A stretch of 64,000 nt of DNA, from NCBI GenBank assembly GCA_003152165.1, contig PLZO01000022.1, positions 2,362 through 66,361 on the forward strand, in the 5' to 3' direction. Shown here in pieces: positions 44,779-54,731 of this stretch. Each line of letters begins with the position of its first letter. Position 1 is the first letter of the stretch. This DNA is from Chloroflexota bacterium (GTDB lineage: Bacteria; Chloroflexota; Limnocylindria; Limnocylindrales; CSP1-4). Position numbers and translations under genes: made by a program. A model generated the notes under the pieces. The model was not told where the DNA came from. It ran no database searches and was given only the letters and a program-made list of their open reading frames with translations.

Positions 44779-47700
44779 ATGCCCCCGACCACGATGACTC
44801 GAGCGCGACCCGCAACCCGCCGCCGGGCGCGCGGACTGCGCCGCCCGCTCGAGCAGGTGCCGATGTGGCACGGGCTCCCTCCGGCCGCGGCGAAGACGAC
44901 CCCGGCCCCGCTCGGCCCAACCGGCGGGCTCGACGGACTCCTGGACGGGTTGAACGCGGAGCAGCGCCGGGCGGTTGTCCACGGAACTGGTCCGCTCCTC
45001 GTGGTGGCTGGTGCCGGGACCGGCAAGACCCAGGTCATCACTCGCCGGATCGCCTGGCTGATCGCCTCGCGGACGGCCCGACCCTCCGAGATCCTGGCCC
45101 TCACCTTTACCGATAAGGCGGCGGCCGAGATGCAGGTCAGGGTGGATCAACTCGTGCCATACGGCTACGCGGATACCACGATCGCCACCTTCCATTCCTT
45201 CGGTGATCGGCTGATCCGTGAGTTCGCTCTCGAGCTCGGCCTGCCCTCCGACGCCCGGGTCCTGTCGCGGCCGGAGGCCGTGATCTTCATGCGAGAGCGT
45301 TTGTTCGACTTCGAGCTCGACGTCTACCGCCCGCTGGGCGATCCGACCCGTTTCCTGGGCGCCCTGGCCGGCCACTTCAGCCGGTGTAAGGACGAGGACA
45401 TCAGCCCCGCGGCCTATCTCGCCTGCGCCGATCGGCAGGTTGGCATGGCCCACAAGCTGGCGCTGGCTGCCGGCCGGCCGGCAGCCAGCGACGCCGAGCG
45501 CCTTGCGTCTGCGGCCGCCACGGATGCGGCTGCCCGGCAGCTCGAGCTCGCCCGGGCGTATGCGCGCTATCAGGCGCTCCTCGGCGAGGCCGGCCTGATC
45601 GACTTCGGTGACCAGGTGAGCCTGGCGCTCCGATTGCTCCGCGAATCGCCCGCCGCCCGGCTCGAGCTCCAGCAGCGCTACCGCTACATCCTGGTCGACG
45701 AGTTCCAGGACACCAACCGGGCCCAGGCGGAGCTGGTGGCACTGCTGGCCGAAGGCCATCGTAATGTCACGGTTGTGGGCGACGACGACCAGTCGATCTA
45801 TCGCTTCCGTGGGGCTGCAGCCAGTAATATCCTCGAGTTCCGCCAGCGCTACCGGCGGTCCCGCTTGGTCGTGCTCCGCCGGAACTACCGGTCGCGGGCG
45901 GAGATCCTAGCCGCCAGCCATCGGCTCGTCCGGTTCAATGACCCGGATCGGCTCGAGGTCCGGGCCGGTATCTCGAAGCGCTTGCGAGCCGAGCGGGCGG
46001 AGCCGGCGGGCCGGCGCAAGACACCCGCGGTGCGCCACGAGTCATTCGTAACTGGCTCCGAGGAGGCGGATTGGATCGCCGCCGAGATCACGGCCAGGGT
46101 CGCGGCAGGGGCGCGACCGCGCGACCATGCCGTGCTGGTCCGGACGAATGCCGGCGCCGATCCCATCCTGCGCAGCCTGAACATGGTTGGAATGCCGTGG
46201 CGCTTCAGCGGCACATCGGGGCTGTATGCGCGACCTGAGATCCGGCTCCTGCTCGCTTTCCTGCGCTCGATCGCGGACCTTTCATCGAGCGTTGACACGT
46301 ATGGGCTGGCCGCCAGTGAGGTCTATGGTCTTCATGGGCCAGACCTGACCGAGATCATGAACGTGGCCCGGCGTCGCAGCCGATCGCTCTGGGAGATCCT
46401 CGAGGAGCTGGACCGGCAGCCCGGGATTCTGCGGCTGTCGCCCGAGTCGCGGGCGACCGCTACCCGATTCGTGGCCGATCTGCGCGCCTACAGCGAGCTT
46501 GCCCACGAGCGCCCGGCAGGAGAGGTCCTGTACGCGTTTCTCAAGGGCTCGGGATTGCTCGCCCGGCTGGCCGCGGCCGACACGGTTGCCGGCGAGGAAG
46601 CCCTCCAGAACATTGCCCGATTTTTCGAGATCGTGCGCGGCCAGTCGGCGCTGCTGCCCGACGACCGTACCGTCTTCGTTGCGCGCCATCTTCAGACCCT
46701 GATCGAGGCGGGCGACGATCCGCCGACCGCCGAGCGCGACGCCGAAGCGGACGCGGTCGCAGTGCTGACGGTCCACAAGGCCAAAGGCCTCGAATTCCCG
46801 ACCGTCTTCCTGGCCGGCCTTGTCCAGGGCCGCTTCCCGGCCAGCGCTCGCCGGGACGGCCTCCAGATCCCGGACGAGCTGCTCAGTGAGGCGCTCGCAG
46901 AGGGCGATCACCACATGCAGGAGGAACGCCGCCTGTTCTATGTCGGGATGACCCGGGCTCGTGACCAGCTGATCCTCAGCCACGCGGCGGACTACGGCGG
47001 GCGCCGAGCCCGACGAGTCTCGCCGTTCGTGCTCGAGGCACTCGACCTGCCGATCGCCCCCGCGCCGTTCGGCACGGGGGAGCAGACTGCGCCGCTCGAA
47101 CGCCTGGCGGCGTTTGCCGCAGCCGGCGCCCCGGCTGAGGCCGGGGTGGGCGCCTTTGAACGCGCGACGGGCGAGCCGCTCTCGCTCAGCTTCTACCAGG
47201 TCGACGATTACCTCACCTGTCCGCTCAAGTACAAGTTTGTGCACGTCCTGCGGGTGCCGATCGCGCCGCACCATTCGATCGTGTACGGGGCCGCCCTGCA
47301 TCGGGCTGTCCAGGAGTTTCACAAGCGCCACGCCCACGGCGAGGTGATGTCGGAAATGGAGCTCTTCGCCTCGTTCGAGGCCGCCTGGTCGAACGAAGGA
47401 TTCCTGAACCGGGATCACGAGACGGCACGACTCGAGGCCGGCCGGGCGGCCCTTAGCCGGTTCCGACTCGAACAGCTCGAGCCCGAGGCTGTGATTCCGG
47501 CCTACGTCGAGCGGGATTTCGCATTTACCCTGAACGGAGACCGGATCCGTGGCCGGTGGGACCGCGTGGACGTCCAACCCTGTCGCGATAACGATGGCCA
47601 GATCGTCGATGCGATGGGTGCTGCCGATGGGGGACTGCCGGCTGATGGAAGCTTCCTGCCCGATGTTGTCGAACCGACACTGGCGCTCATGCCCCGCGAG

Positions 47701-48030
47701 GTGGTCACGATCACGGATTACAAGTCGAGCGATGTGCGCGACCCGGCGAAGGCTCGGCAACGGGCCCGCGATTCGCTCCAGCTGACGATCTATGCGATGG
47801 GTTGGCAGGCAATGACCGGCCGCCTTCCCGACGCCGTCCAGCTCAGCTTCCTCGGGTCCGGGCTGGTTGGCCGGGCAGGCGTGGACGAGCGGCGCCTCGC
47901 CCGGGGCCGAGCTCAGATCGAGGCAGCAGCGACCGGGATCCGGGCTCGTGACTTCGCCGCCAAGCCGGATCTCCTAGCCTGCTCATACTGCGCATTCCGT
48001 GAGATCTGCCCGGCCAGTGTTGCGCGCTGA
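44779..48030 (+). CDS. UvrD/PcrA-family helicase fused to a C-terminal RecB/Cas4-like PD-(D/E)XK nuclease domain with a cysteine cluster
   Basis: Start ATG 44779. Helicase motifs (LLVVAGAGTGKT, LVDEFQDTN, TVHKAKGLEF). C-terminus YQVDDYLTCPLKYKF…TDYKSS…CSYCAFREICP (nuclease + 4 Cys). Confidence 0.8.
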   Translation: MPPTTMTRARPATRRRARGLRRPLEQVPMWHGLPPAAAKTTPAPLGPTGGLDGLLDGLNAEQRRAVVHGTGPLLVVAGAGTGKTQVITRRIAWLIASRTARPSEILALTFTDKAAAEMQVRVDQLVPYGYADTTIATFHSFGDRLIREFALELGLPSDARVLSRPEAVIFMRERLFDFELDVYRPLGDPTRFLGALAGHFSRCKDEDISPAAYLACADRQVGMAHKLALAAGRPAASDAERLASAAATDAAARQLELARAYARYQALLGEAGLIDFGDQVSLALRLLRESPAARLELQQRYRYILVDEFQDTNRAQAELVALLAEGHRNVTVVGDDDQSIYRFRGAAASNILEFRQRYRRSRLVVLRRNYRSRAEILAASHRLVRFNDPDRLEVRAGISKRLRAERAEPAGRRKTPAVRHESFVTGSEEADWIAAEITARVAAGARPRDHAVLVRTNAGADPILRSLNMVGMPWRFSGTSGLYARPEIRLLLAFLRSIADLSSSVDTYGLAASEVYGLHGPDLTEIMNVARRRSRSLWEILEELDRQPGILRLSPESRATATRFVADLRAYSELAHERPAGEVLYAFLKGSGLLARLAAADTVAGEEALQNIARFFEIVRGQSALLPDDRTVFVARHLQTLIEAGDDPPTAERDAEADAVAVLTVHKAKGLEFPTVFLAGLVQGRFPASARRDGLQIPDELLSEALAEGDHHMQEERRLFYVGMTRARDQLILSHAADYGGRRARRVSPFVLEALDLPIAPAPFGTGEQTAPLERLAAFAAAGAPAEAGVGAFERATGEPLSLSFYQVDDYLTCPLKYKFVHVLRVPIAPHHSIVYGAALHRAVQEFHKRHAHGEVMSEMELFASFEAAWSNEGFLNRDHETARLEAGRAALSRFRLEQLEPEAVIPAYVERDFAFTLNGDRIRGRWDRVDVQPCRDNDGQIVDAMGAADGGLPADGSFLPDVVEPTLALMPREVVTITDYKSSDVRDPAKARQRARDSLQLTIYAMGWQAMTGRLPDAVQLSFLGSGLVGRAGVDERRLARGRAQIEAAATGIRARDFAAKPDLLACSYCAFREICPASVAR

Positions 48031-48832
48031 AGCACCGCTAGCGGGCTCTCGCCGCTTCCCGGACCTGTGCGCAATCAGTTTTGACTTCGGGAACACGCTT
48101 GTGCCGGTCAGCCGAGCCGATCTGGAGACCGTCGTCGAACGGATGACGGCGGCCGTGGTCGAGCGGTGCGGCGGCCTCGATCCGGACGCCTTCCGAGCGG
48201 CCTGGGCCGAGGAGCGCGAGCGCCAGTTTGCTGAGGAAGTACCAAGGCTGCGCGAGGTTGACCTTGACCGGCGGGTCGTCCGTGTCCTTGCCCGGCTCCG
48301 GGGGATGCCCCCGCCGCCACGGACCAGGTCGTGGGACGACGATGCTGCTGCCCGGCGGTCCACGCCGATCGAGGTCGCCTTCGCGGTCGACACGTACAGC
48401 CGGGCCTTCGTGGCGGTGGTCCCGCCGCCGGCCGAGGTCGGCCGGCTGCTCCAGCGGCTGGCGGAGCGGTTCAGTCTGGCCGTGCTGTCGAACTGGCCCC
48501 TGGCATCCACGATCGATGCGTACGTCGAGGCAGCCGGCTGGCAGCCGTTCCTTCGTGCTGTCATTGTCTCCCAGCGGGTCGGCACGATCAAGCCGGATCC
48601 GCGGATCTTCCGGGCCGCCGAGGCGGCGCTTGGCAGCGAGGGCCAGGCCATCCTCCACGTCGGCGATGACTGGGCCGCCGACATCGTCGGCGCGAAACGG
48701 GCCGGCTGGCGGGCCGCCTACTTCCGCCACCGACAGGTCGAGTCGCCGCTGCCGGCCTCGAAGCCGGACGGGTCGGTGAAACCGGATCTCGAGATCGACT
48801 CGCTCGAGGCGCTCGAATCAGCGCTGGCCTGA
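48017..48832 (+). CDS. HAD-superfamily hydrolase
   Basis: Motif I ISFDFGNTL, motif IV HVGDDWAADI. The start is uncertain (GTG 48017 or GTG 47999, which overlaps the helicase end). Confidence 0.7.
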   Translation: MLRAEAPLAGSRRFPDLCAISFDFGNTLVPVSRADLETVVERMTAAVVERCGGLDPDAFRAAWAEERERQFAEEVPRLREVDLDRRVVRVLARLRGMPPPPRTRSWDDDAAARRSTPIEVAFAVDTYSRAFVAVVPPPAEVGRLLQRLAERFSLAVLSNWPLASTIDAYVEAAGWQPFLRAVIVSQRVGTIKPDPRIFRAAEAALGSEGQAILHVGDDWAADIVGAKRAGWRAAYFRHRQVESPLPASKPDGSVKPDLEIDSLEALESALA

Positions 48833-48867
48833 GCCGCGCTGCGGCTCGCCGGTAGACTCGCCACAGC

Positions 48868-49242
48868 ATGGAGCCCCGGGACCGCCTGATCAACATCGCG
48901 ACCTTGCTGGCCGCCCTCGTGGCCTGGATCGCCGTGTTCATCATCGTGACCACCCAGGATCCCCGGACGAGCAGCCAGGCTGCGTTCACCGGCGCCATCC
49001 TCATTGGGGCGGCGGTCGGCCTGACCACGGTCCCGCTGCTGTGGCTGGCCGTCTTCAGCCGGCACGCCCGGATCGCCTACCGGGGCGACTGGATCCGGGC
49101 GTTGCGACGAGGAGTGTGGGTGGCTTTCGTGATCACCTTGTTTGTCGTGCTTCGTCTCGAGAACGCGTTCAGCCTGCCGATCGCCCTCTTCGTGCTCGTG
49201 ATCGTTGGCGTGGCCGAGGCCACCCTGTCGGTCGACCGTTGA
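48868..49242 (+). CDS. Small integral membrane protein (124 aa, 3-4 TM)
   Basis: Entirely hydrophobic helices separated by short basic loops. Confidence 0.5.
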   Translation: MEPRDRLINIATLLAALVAWIAVFIIVTTQDPRTSSQAAFTGAILIGAAVGLTTVPLLWLAVFSRHARIAYRGDWIRALRRGVWVAFVITLFVVLRLENAFSLPIALFVLVIVGVAEATLSVDR

Positions 49243-49282
49243 GGGTCCGGCTCGTCTCCTCCGCAGCACAAGGTAGACCCAG

Positions 49283-50575
49283 ATGACCCACCAATCGGCA
49301 AACGCAGGACCAGTCCCAGCGGCCACGGAGCCCGCAGCGCGGCCGGAGCCGAGTCCGATCCTGCCCCTGGTCGGAACCCAGCCGGCCGGGCCGTTCGCGG
49401 GGGCCAAGGCCCGGATCGCCGCCGTGGTCGACGCGAATCGCACCGAGATCCTGGCCCTCAGCCACCGAATTCATGCCAACCCGGAGCCGGCCTTTGAGGA
49501 GGTCCAGGCAGCGGGCTGGGTCGCCGAAGCGATCCGTGCCCGGGGCTTTGCGGTCGAGCACCCAGCCGGCAGCCTGGCAACCGCCGTGCGTGGCCGGCTC
49601 CGTGGCGGGCGGGCTGTCGAGCCGGGCGGCGAGGGGCCCAGGATCGGGATCCTTGCCGAGTACGATGCGCTGCCCGGTCTCGGTCACGGCTGCGGCCACA
49701 ACACCATGGCGGCGTCGGGGGTTGGTGCGGCGATCGCGTTAGCGGGCGTCGCCCCCGAACTCCCCGGTGAGATTGTCTTCCTGGGAACCCCCGCCGAGGA
49801 GCGCGGCTCGGGTAAGGCCGTAATGCTCGACGATGGACTGTTCGAAGGACTTGATGCAGTCCTTCTGTACCACCCATCGGATGCCACCCACGTCACCTGC
49901 GGGCTGCTCGTCAGCGAGGACGTCCACGTGACGTTCCACGGCTTCCAGGCTCACGCCGCGTCCGACCCGTGGGAAGGGCGCAATGCCCTCGACGCGATGA
50001 TCCTGCTGTTCAGCTCGGTCGGGTTGTGGCGCCAGCAGCTTCGGCCCGATGCCCGCATCCACGGGATCATCGTGGAGGGCGGCACAGCGGCGAACATCAT
50101 TCCGGAGCGGACCCTCGCCTGGTTCATGGTCCGTTCGCCGGATGAGGCCGAGTATGAGCGCATGCGGGTCCGCTTCGAGGATCTCTGCCGGGCCGCGGCA
50201 CTGGCCACCGGCTGTACGGTCGAGGTCGTCTTCAGCGGGCGGGCGTCCACGATGCGCAACAACATGGTCCTGGCCGATCGGTTCGGCGCGAACCTGGCCG
50301 CCTACGGCGTGATCGCCGGGCCGCGGCCCGACAACCTGGGCAGCTCCGATATGGGCAACGTCAGCCAGGTCGTGCCCACGATCCACCCGTGCGTGGCGAT
50401 CTGTCCGGCCGGAGTCGCCAGTCACTCGATTGAGTTTCGCGATGCCGCCGGCCTGCCCTATGCCGACGACGTCACCCTACTGGTGGCCACCGTCGTGGCT
50501 CAGACTGCCTACGAGCTGTTCGCCGATCCGGCGCTGGTCAAGGCGGCGTGGCAGGAATTCCGGGCGGGCGCCTGA
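49283..50575 (+). CDS. M20-family amidohydrolase/peptidase (M20D, AbgB/hippurate-hydrolase-like)
   Basis: Metal-binding motifs GCGHNTM and …HPSD…; dimerisation-domain insert. Confidence 0.8.
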   Translation: MTHQSANAGPVPAATEPAARPEPSPILPLVGTQPAGPFAGAKARIAAVVDANRTEILALSHRIHANPEPAFEEVQAAGWVAEAIRARGFAVEHPAGSLATAVRGRLRGGRAVEPGGEGPRIGILAEYDALPGLGHGCGHNTMAASGVGAAIALAGVAPELPGEIVFLGTPAEERGSGKAVMLDDGLFEGLDAVLLYHPSDATHVTCGLLVSEDVHVTFHGFQAHAASDPWEGRNALDAMILLFSSVGLWRQQLRPDARIHGIIVEGGTAANIIPERTLAWFMVRSPDEAEYERMRVRFEDLCRAAALATGCTVEVVFSGRASTMRNNMVLADRFGANLAAYGVIAGPRPDNLGSSDMGNVSQVVPTIHPCVAICPAGVASHSIEFRDAAGLPYADDVTLLVATVVAQTAYELFADPALVKAAWQEFRAGA

Positions 50576-50761
50576 GGGCTGGGTCTCACCCCGGCGCGCC
50601 GGGGGCAGCGGGCCGAAGCCGGCGGTTTGGGCAGTGCTAGGATGGCCGCGGCGCCCCGCTGGACGGTCGATGCGAACCGGCGGCGTCCCCAGAAGACGCG
50701 ATCAGCTGGCGGCATCGGGCGCCCTTGCCAGACCTCGTTGACCCGTCTCCCGGAGGTCCCG

Positions 50762-51829
50762 ATGGCCCAGCGCCCTGACCCCGCCCCGGTCGACAGCTTC
50801 GCCGTGGCCAACGGTTGGAACCGCGACTACGAGGCATATTCCGACTTCGACCTGCCCACGTACGTCGGCCCAACCACGTTCATGAACCTGCCCTGGGTCA
50901 CGGACCCGACCGTCCTGCGCGCCCGTCGGGCGGATGTCGCGATCATCGGCGCGCCGTTCGACGACGCTGTGAGCCACCGGTCGGGCGCGCGGTTCGGTCC
51001 CCGCGCGATCCGCGAGGCCCAGTACACGTCGGGATCGATCAACTCGCTCCAGCTCGGCGTCGAGCCATTCGAGGTGCTCGATGTGGTTGATGCGGGTGAC
51101 GCCAACGTCGTACCGGCCTGGACCGAGCGCGCCCACGCGATGATCTATCGCAAGGTTCGCGAGGTCGCTGAGACCGGTGCGATCCCGATTGTCCTCGGGG
51201 GAGACCATTCGATCACCTGGCCAGCAGCCACGGCGATTGCCGAAGTCCGCCGACCGGGCTCGATCGGGATCGTCCATTTCGACGCCCACGCCGACACAGC
51301 CAACGATGACTGGGGTGTGCTGGCCGGCCATGGCACCCCGATGCGCCGGCTGATCGAATCGGGCGCCGTCAAGGGCTCCAACTTCGTGCAGGTCGGCCTG
51401 CGTGGCTACTGGCCACCAGTCGATGTCTTCGAGTGGATGCGGGCGCACGGGCTGCGCTACCACCTCATGCGCGAGATCGAGGACCGCGGAGCCGAGGCAG
51501 TCGTAGCCGACGCGATCGCTGAGGCGCTCGACGGGCCGGACTATGTCTACCTGAGCATCGACATCGACGTGATCGATCCGGGCCTGGCGCCGGGCACCGG
51601 GACGCCGGAACCGGGCGGCATGCTCACCCGGGAGGTCCTCCGGGCGATCCGCCAGATCGTCGCTGCAGTGGAGCTCTGCGGGATGGATATTGTCGAGGTC
51701 GCGCCGCCGTACGACCACGCCGAGACGACGGCGATGGCCGCCAACCGGGCGGCGCTCGAGGCGATCAGTGCGCTGGCCGTCAAGAAACGGGCGGGGACCA
51801 CCATCCGCTGGGAGCCGCCCGTCGCGTGA
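50762..51829 (+). CDS. Arginase/agmatinase-family ureohydrolase (agmatinase or guanidino-acid hydrolase)
   Basis: Mn-binding motifs GGDHS, DAHAD, SIDIDVIDP. Start ATG 50762 (MAQRPDPAP). Confidence 0.8.
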   Translation: MAQRPDPAPVDSFAVANGWNRDYEAYSDFDLPTYVGPTTFMNLPWVTDPTVLRARRADVAIIGAPFDDAVSHRSGARFGPRAIREAQYTSGSINSLQLGVEPFEVLDVVDAGDANVVPAWTERAHAMIYRKVREVAETGAIPIVLGGDHSITWPAATAIAEVRRPGSIGIVHFDAHADTANDDWGVLAGHGTPMRRLIESGAVKGSNFVQVGLRGYWPPVDVFEWMRAHGLRYHLMREIEDRGAEAVVADAIAEALDGPDYVYLSIDIDVIDPGLAPGTGTPEPGGMLTREVLRAIRQIVAAVELCGMDIVEVAPPYDHAETTAMAANRAALEAISALAVKKRAGTTIRWEPPVA

Positions 51830-52590
51830 CCGGCGCCGACCCTCGTGCCGACGCTCTGGCCCGGCTGTACGACCTGGACCTGGCCGAGGATTCAGGCGAT
51901 GACATTGGGCTCTACCTCGCCTTGGCCGCGCGGACCGGTGGCCCGATCCTCGAGCTGGCGGCGGGCACCGGCCGAATCGTCCGGCCGCTCGCCACGGCCG
52001 GCTACGAGGTCACGGCCGTTGACTTCGACCCGGCGATGCTCACCCGCCTAATCGCCACCGAGCCGGGCAGGGTCACGACGGTCCTGGCCGATCTGACGAC
52101 ATGGCGACCGTCCGAACCGACCTACCACCTGGCGATCCTGGGCTTCAACGCGCTCTTCCTCATGGCCGGCCGGCACGAGCAGCGGGCGGCCATCGAGTCC
52201 CTGGCCGCGGCGCTCGTCCCGGGCGGCCTGGCGGTCGTGGATATCTGGCTGCCGGACGCGGCCGACCTGGCTCGCTACGACCAGCGCCTCCTGCTCGACT
52301 ACGTCCGGATCGATCCGGAGACCGGCCGGACCGTGACGAAGACGGTCTCGGCGCTCCACGATGCGGCGACTGCCACGGTCCTGCTCAGTGCGATCTACGA
52401 GGAGGGGCTGCCCGGGGAGCCGGCGCTGCGCTGGATCCGCCGCGACACGCTTCGCCTGATCGGCGCCGGCGAGCTTGTCGACCTGGCTGGAGCAGCCGGC
52501 CTGGAGGTGGAGGTGCTGGCCGGCGACTACGGCCTCGAACCGCTCGGGCCCGGCAGCGAGCGCGCGATCCTCGTGGCCAGGCGTCCATAG
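51826..52590 (+). CDS. Class I SAM-dependent methyltransferase
   Basis: Motif I ILELAAGTGRIV and motif II VTAVDFD. Confidence 0.75.
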   Translation: MTGADPRADALARLYDLDLAEDSGDDIGLYLALAARTGGPILELAAGTGRIVRPLATAGYEVTAVDFDPAMLTRLIATEPGRVTTVLADLTTWRPSEPTYHLAILGFNALFLMAGRHEQRAAIESLAAALVPGGLAVVDIWLPDAADLARYDQRLLLDYVRIDPETGRTVTKTVSALHDAATATVLLSAIYEEGLPGEPALRWIRRDTLRLIGAGELVDLAGAAGLEVEVLAGDYGLEPLGPGSERAILVARRP

Positions 52591-52662
52591 CCTCGATGGC
52601 AGTGCCGACAATGGCCCGATCGGTGGGGTAGCCGGGCATCGCCCGCATGGTATCGTCGAACG

Positions 52663-53808
52663 ATGGGCAAGGACCAGATCCGGCTCCTGATCGTTGAAGA
52701 CGTGCCGCAAGTGGCCCAGTACATCCGCGGCCTCCTCAACTCGCAGAGCGCGATCAGTCTGCTGGACGTCCTGACGGATGGCTCAAAGGCCGTCGGCCAG
52801 ATCAGCCAGCTCCGGCCCGATGTCCTGGTCGTGGACGCCCTGCTCCAGGGCCGGGTCAAGGGCCTCCAGCTCGTCGATCAGCTCCATAGCGGTGGGATCG
52901 GCGTGCCGATCATCGTGCTCACGGTCCCCCAGCACCCGATCGAGCCCGACCCGGAGCGCGGCATCCAGGCGGTCCTGATGATGCCGTTCTCGGGCTTCGA
53001 TCTGATGAACAAGGTGTCGGGCGTCCACCGCTCGTTTCAGGCGAGCGAGGAGGCGGCCGGATCGCGGGTCCTGACCGTCTTCGCCCCGAAGGGCGGCGTG
53101 GGCAAGACGACCGTGGCGTTCAACCTGGCCGTGGCCATGGCCCAGGCTGGCAGGAGCACGGCCCTGATCGACGGCAACCTCCAGTTCGGCGACCTGCGCT
53201 CATTGCTGAAGGTTCCGCCGGACGCGCCATCAATCCTCGACCTGCCCACCGACCGGGTCCAGGAGTCGGACCTGGCCGACGTCATGTGGCGCGACCCTTC
53301 AGGGGTGGACATCCTCCTCGCTCCGCCCCGGATCGAGCAGGCCGAGATGGTCACGGTGCGCGACGTGGACAAGATCCTGTCGCTCCTGCGGCGCGTCTAC
53401 GCGGTCGTCGTGATCGATACGCCGGCCGCCCTGACCGACACAACCCTGAGCTTCCTCGATGCGTGTGACACGATCATCGAGATTGTCACGTTCGACTCGA
53501 CGACCATCCACAACACGCTGGCCATGGCCGATACCTTCCGTTCAATCGGCTACTCGCCGAGCAAGGTCCGCTACCTGGTCAATCGGGCCGACTCGTCGGG
53601 CGGGATGGACCTCAACGAGCTGGCCAAGGCAATCGGCCGGGTGCCCGAGCACTTCGTCGTGTCCGATGGCCGGCTGGTGATCGAGGCGAACAACGGGGGG
53701 GTGCCCTTCGTCCTGACCGAGCCGGGGGCTCAGGTCAGCCTGGACATCATTCGGGTGGCATCCGAGCTTCTCGTCGGCGACAGGGTCCCGGTCGGGGCGC
53801 GGCGCTAG
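52663..53808 (+). CDS. Response-regulator receiver domain fused to a MinD/ParA-type ATPase (CpaE/TadZ-like)
   Basis: N-terminal REC (LLIVEDV…VLVVDALL) then a deviant Walker A KGGVGKTT and a MinD-like fold. No tad/pilus genes nearby. Confidence 0.7.
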   Translation: MGKDQIRLLIVEDVPQVAQYIRGLLNSQSAISLLDVLTDGSKAVGQISQLRPDVLVVDALLQGRVKGLQLVDQLHSGGIGVPIIVLTVPQHPIEPDPERGIQAVLMMPFSGFDLMNKVSGVHRSFQASEEAAGSRVLTVFAPKGGVGKTTVAFNLAVAMAQAGRSTALIDGNLQFGDLRSLLKVPPDAPSILDLPTDRVQESDLADVMWRDPSGVDILLAPPRIEQAEMVTVRDVDKILSLLRRVYAVVVIDTPAALTDTTLSFLDACDTIIEIVTFDSTTIHNTLAMADTFRSIGYSPSKVRYLVNRADSSGGMDLNELAKAIGRVPEHFVVSDGRLVIEANNGGVPFVLTEPGAQVSLDIIRVASELLVGDRVPVGARR

Positions 53809-53813
53809 GTCCG

Positions 53814-54731
53814 GTGTCCGACCCGCGTCCGATCGGCGTCTTCGACTCCGGCGTGGGCGGCCTGACGGTCCTCCGGGAGATCCTCCGGCGGCTCCCTCGG
53901 GAATCAACGATCTACCTGGGCGACAGCGCCCGTGCGCCGTACGGCCCGCGATCGGATGAGGAGGTCCTCGCGTTCAGCCGGCAGGCAATCGAGCGCTTGG
54001 CCGAGCGGGACGTCAAGGCGATCGTGATCGCCTGCAACACGTCGACGGCGATCGCCCTCGCTGACCTGCGCCGGCGACACCACCTGCCAATCCTGGGCGT
54101 GATCCGGCCCGGTGCCGTGACCGCGGCCCTATCGACCCGTAACCGACGGGTCGGGGTGATCGCGACGTCGGCCACCGTCCGTTCCCATGCCTACTTCCAG
54201 GCGATCAAGGAAGAGAACCCGGCGATCGAGATCTACGAGTATGCGACGCCCGCCCTGGTGCCACTTGTCGAGTCCGGCCGGCTGGCTGGCCCCGAGGTTG
54301 AAGCGATCGTCCGCGAGTCGCTCGCGGGGTTGCTCGGCCGGCGCACCCCCGATGGCGCCCCGAGCGGGCCGCAGCCCGCGTCGGCCGGAATCGACACGCT
54401 CCTCCTGGGCTGTACCCACTACCCGCTGATCGAGCCAGCGATCCGAGCCGTCAGCGGCGAGCGGATTGCGCTGGTCGACTCGGCCACGGCTACTGCCGGG
54501 GCGCTCGGCGACCTCCTCGCGATCAATGGGCTCGAGGCGCCAGGCTCGACGCGCGGGACCGCGGCCGATCCGGGCCGCAATGGCCACGACCGGCCCACGA
54601 CCACGATCCGACCAATTGTCCATCGCCAGCTGACGACCGGATCGGTGGACTCATTCCAAGATCTGGCCGGCCGCTTGTTCGCCGGCGGCTTCCTGGACGT
54701 CGAGGCGATCGAACTCGGGGTTCCTGTCTGA
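53814..54731 (+). CDS. murI: Glutamate racemase
   Basis: IGVFDSGVGGLTVL, ACNTST and GCTHYP motifs. Confidence 0.9.
   Translation: MSDPRPIGVFDSGVGGLTVLREILRRLPRESTIYLGDSARAPYGPRSDEEVLAFSRQAIERLAERDVKAIVIACNTSTAIALADLRRRHHLPILGVIRPGAVTAALSTRNRRVGVIATSATVRSHAYFQAIKEENPAIEIYEYATPALVPLVESGRLAGPEVEAIVRESLAGLLGRRTPDGAPSGPQPASAGIDTLLLGCTHYPLIEPAIRAVSGERIALVDSATATAGALGDLLAINGLEAPGSTRGTAADPGRNGHDRPTTTIRPIVHRQLTTGSVDSFQDLAGRLFAGGFLDVEAIELGVPV

Noticed and set aside
46282-47760. 492-aa minus-strand ORF
   Set aside because: Antisense to the helicase-nuclease gene.
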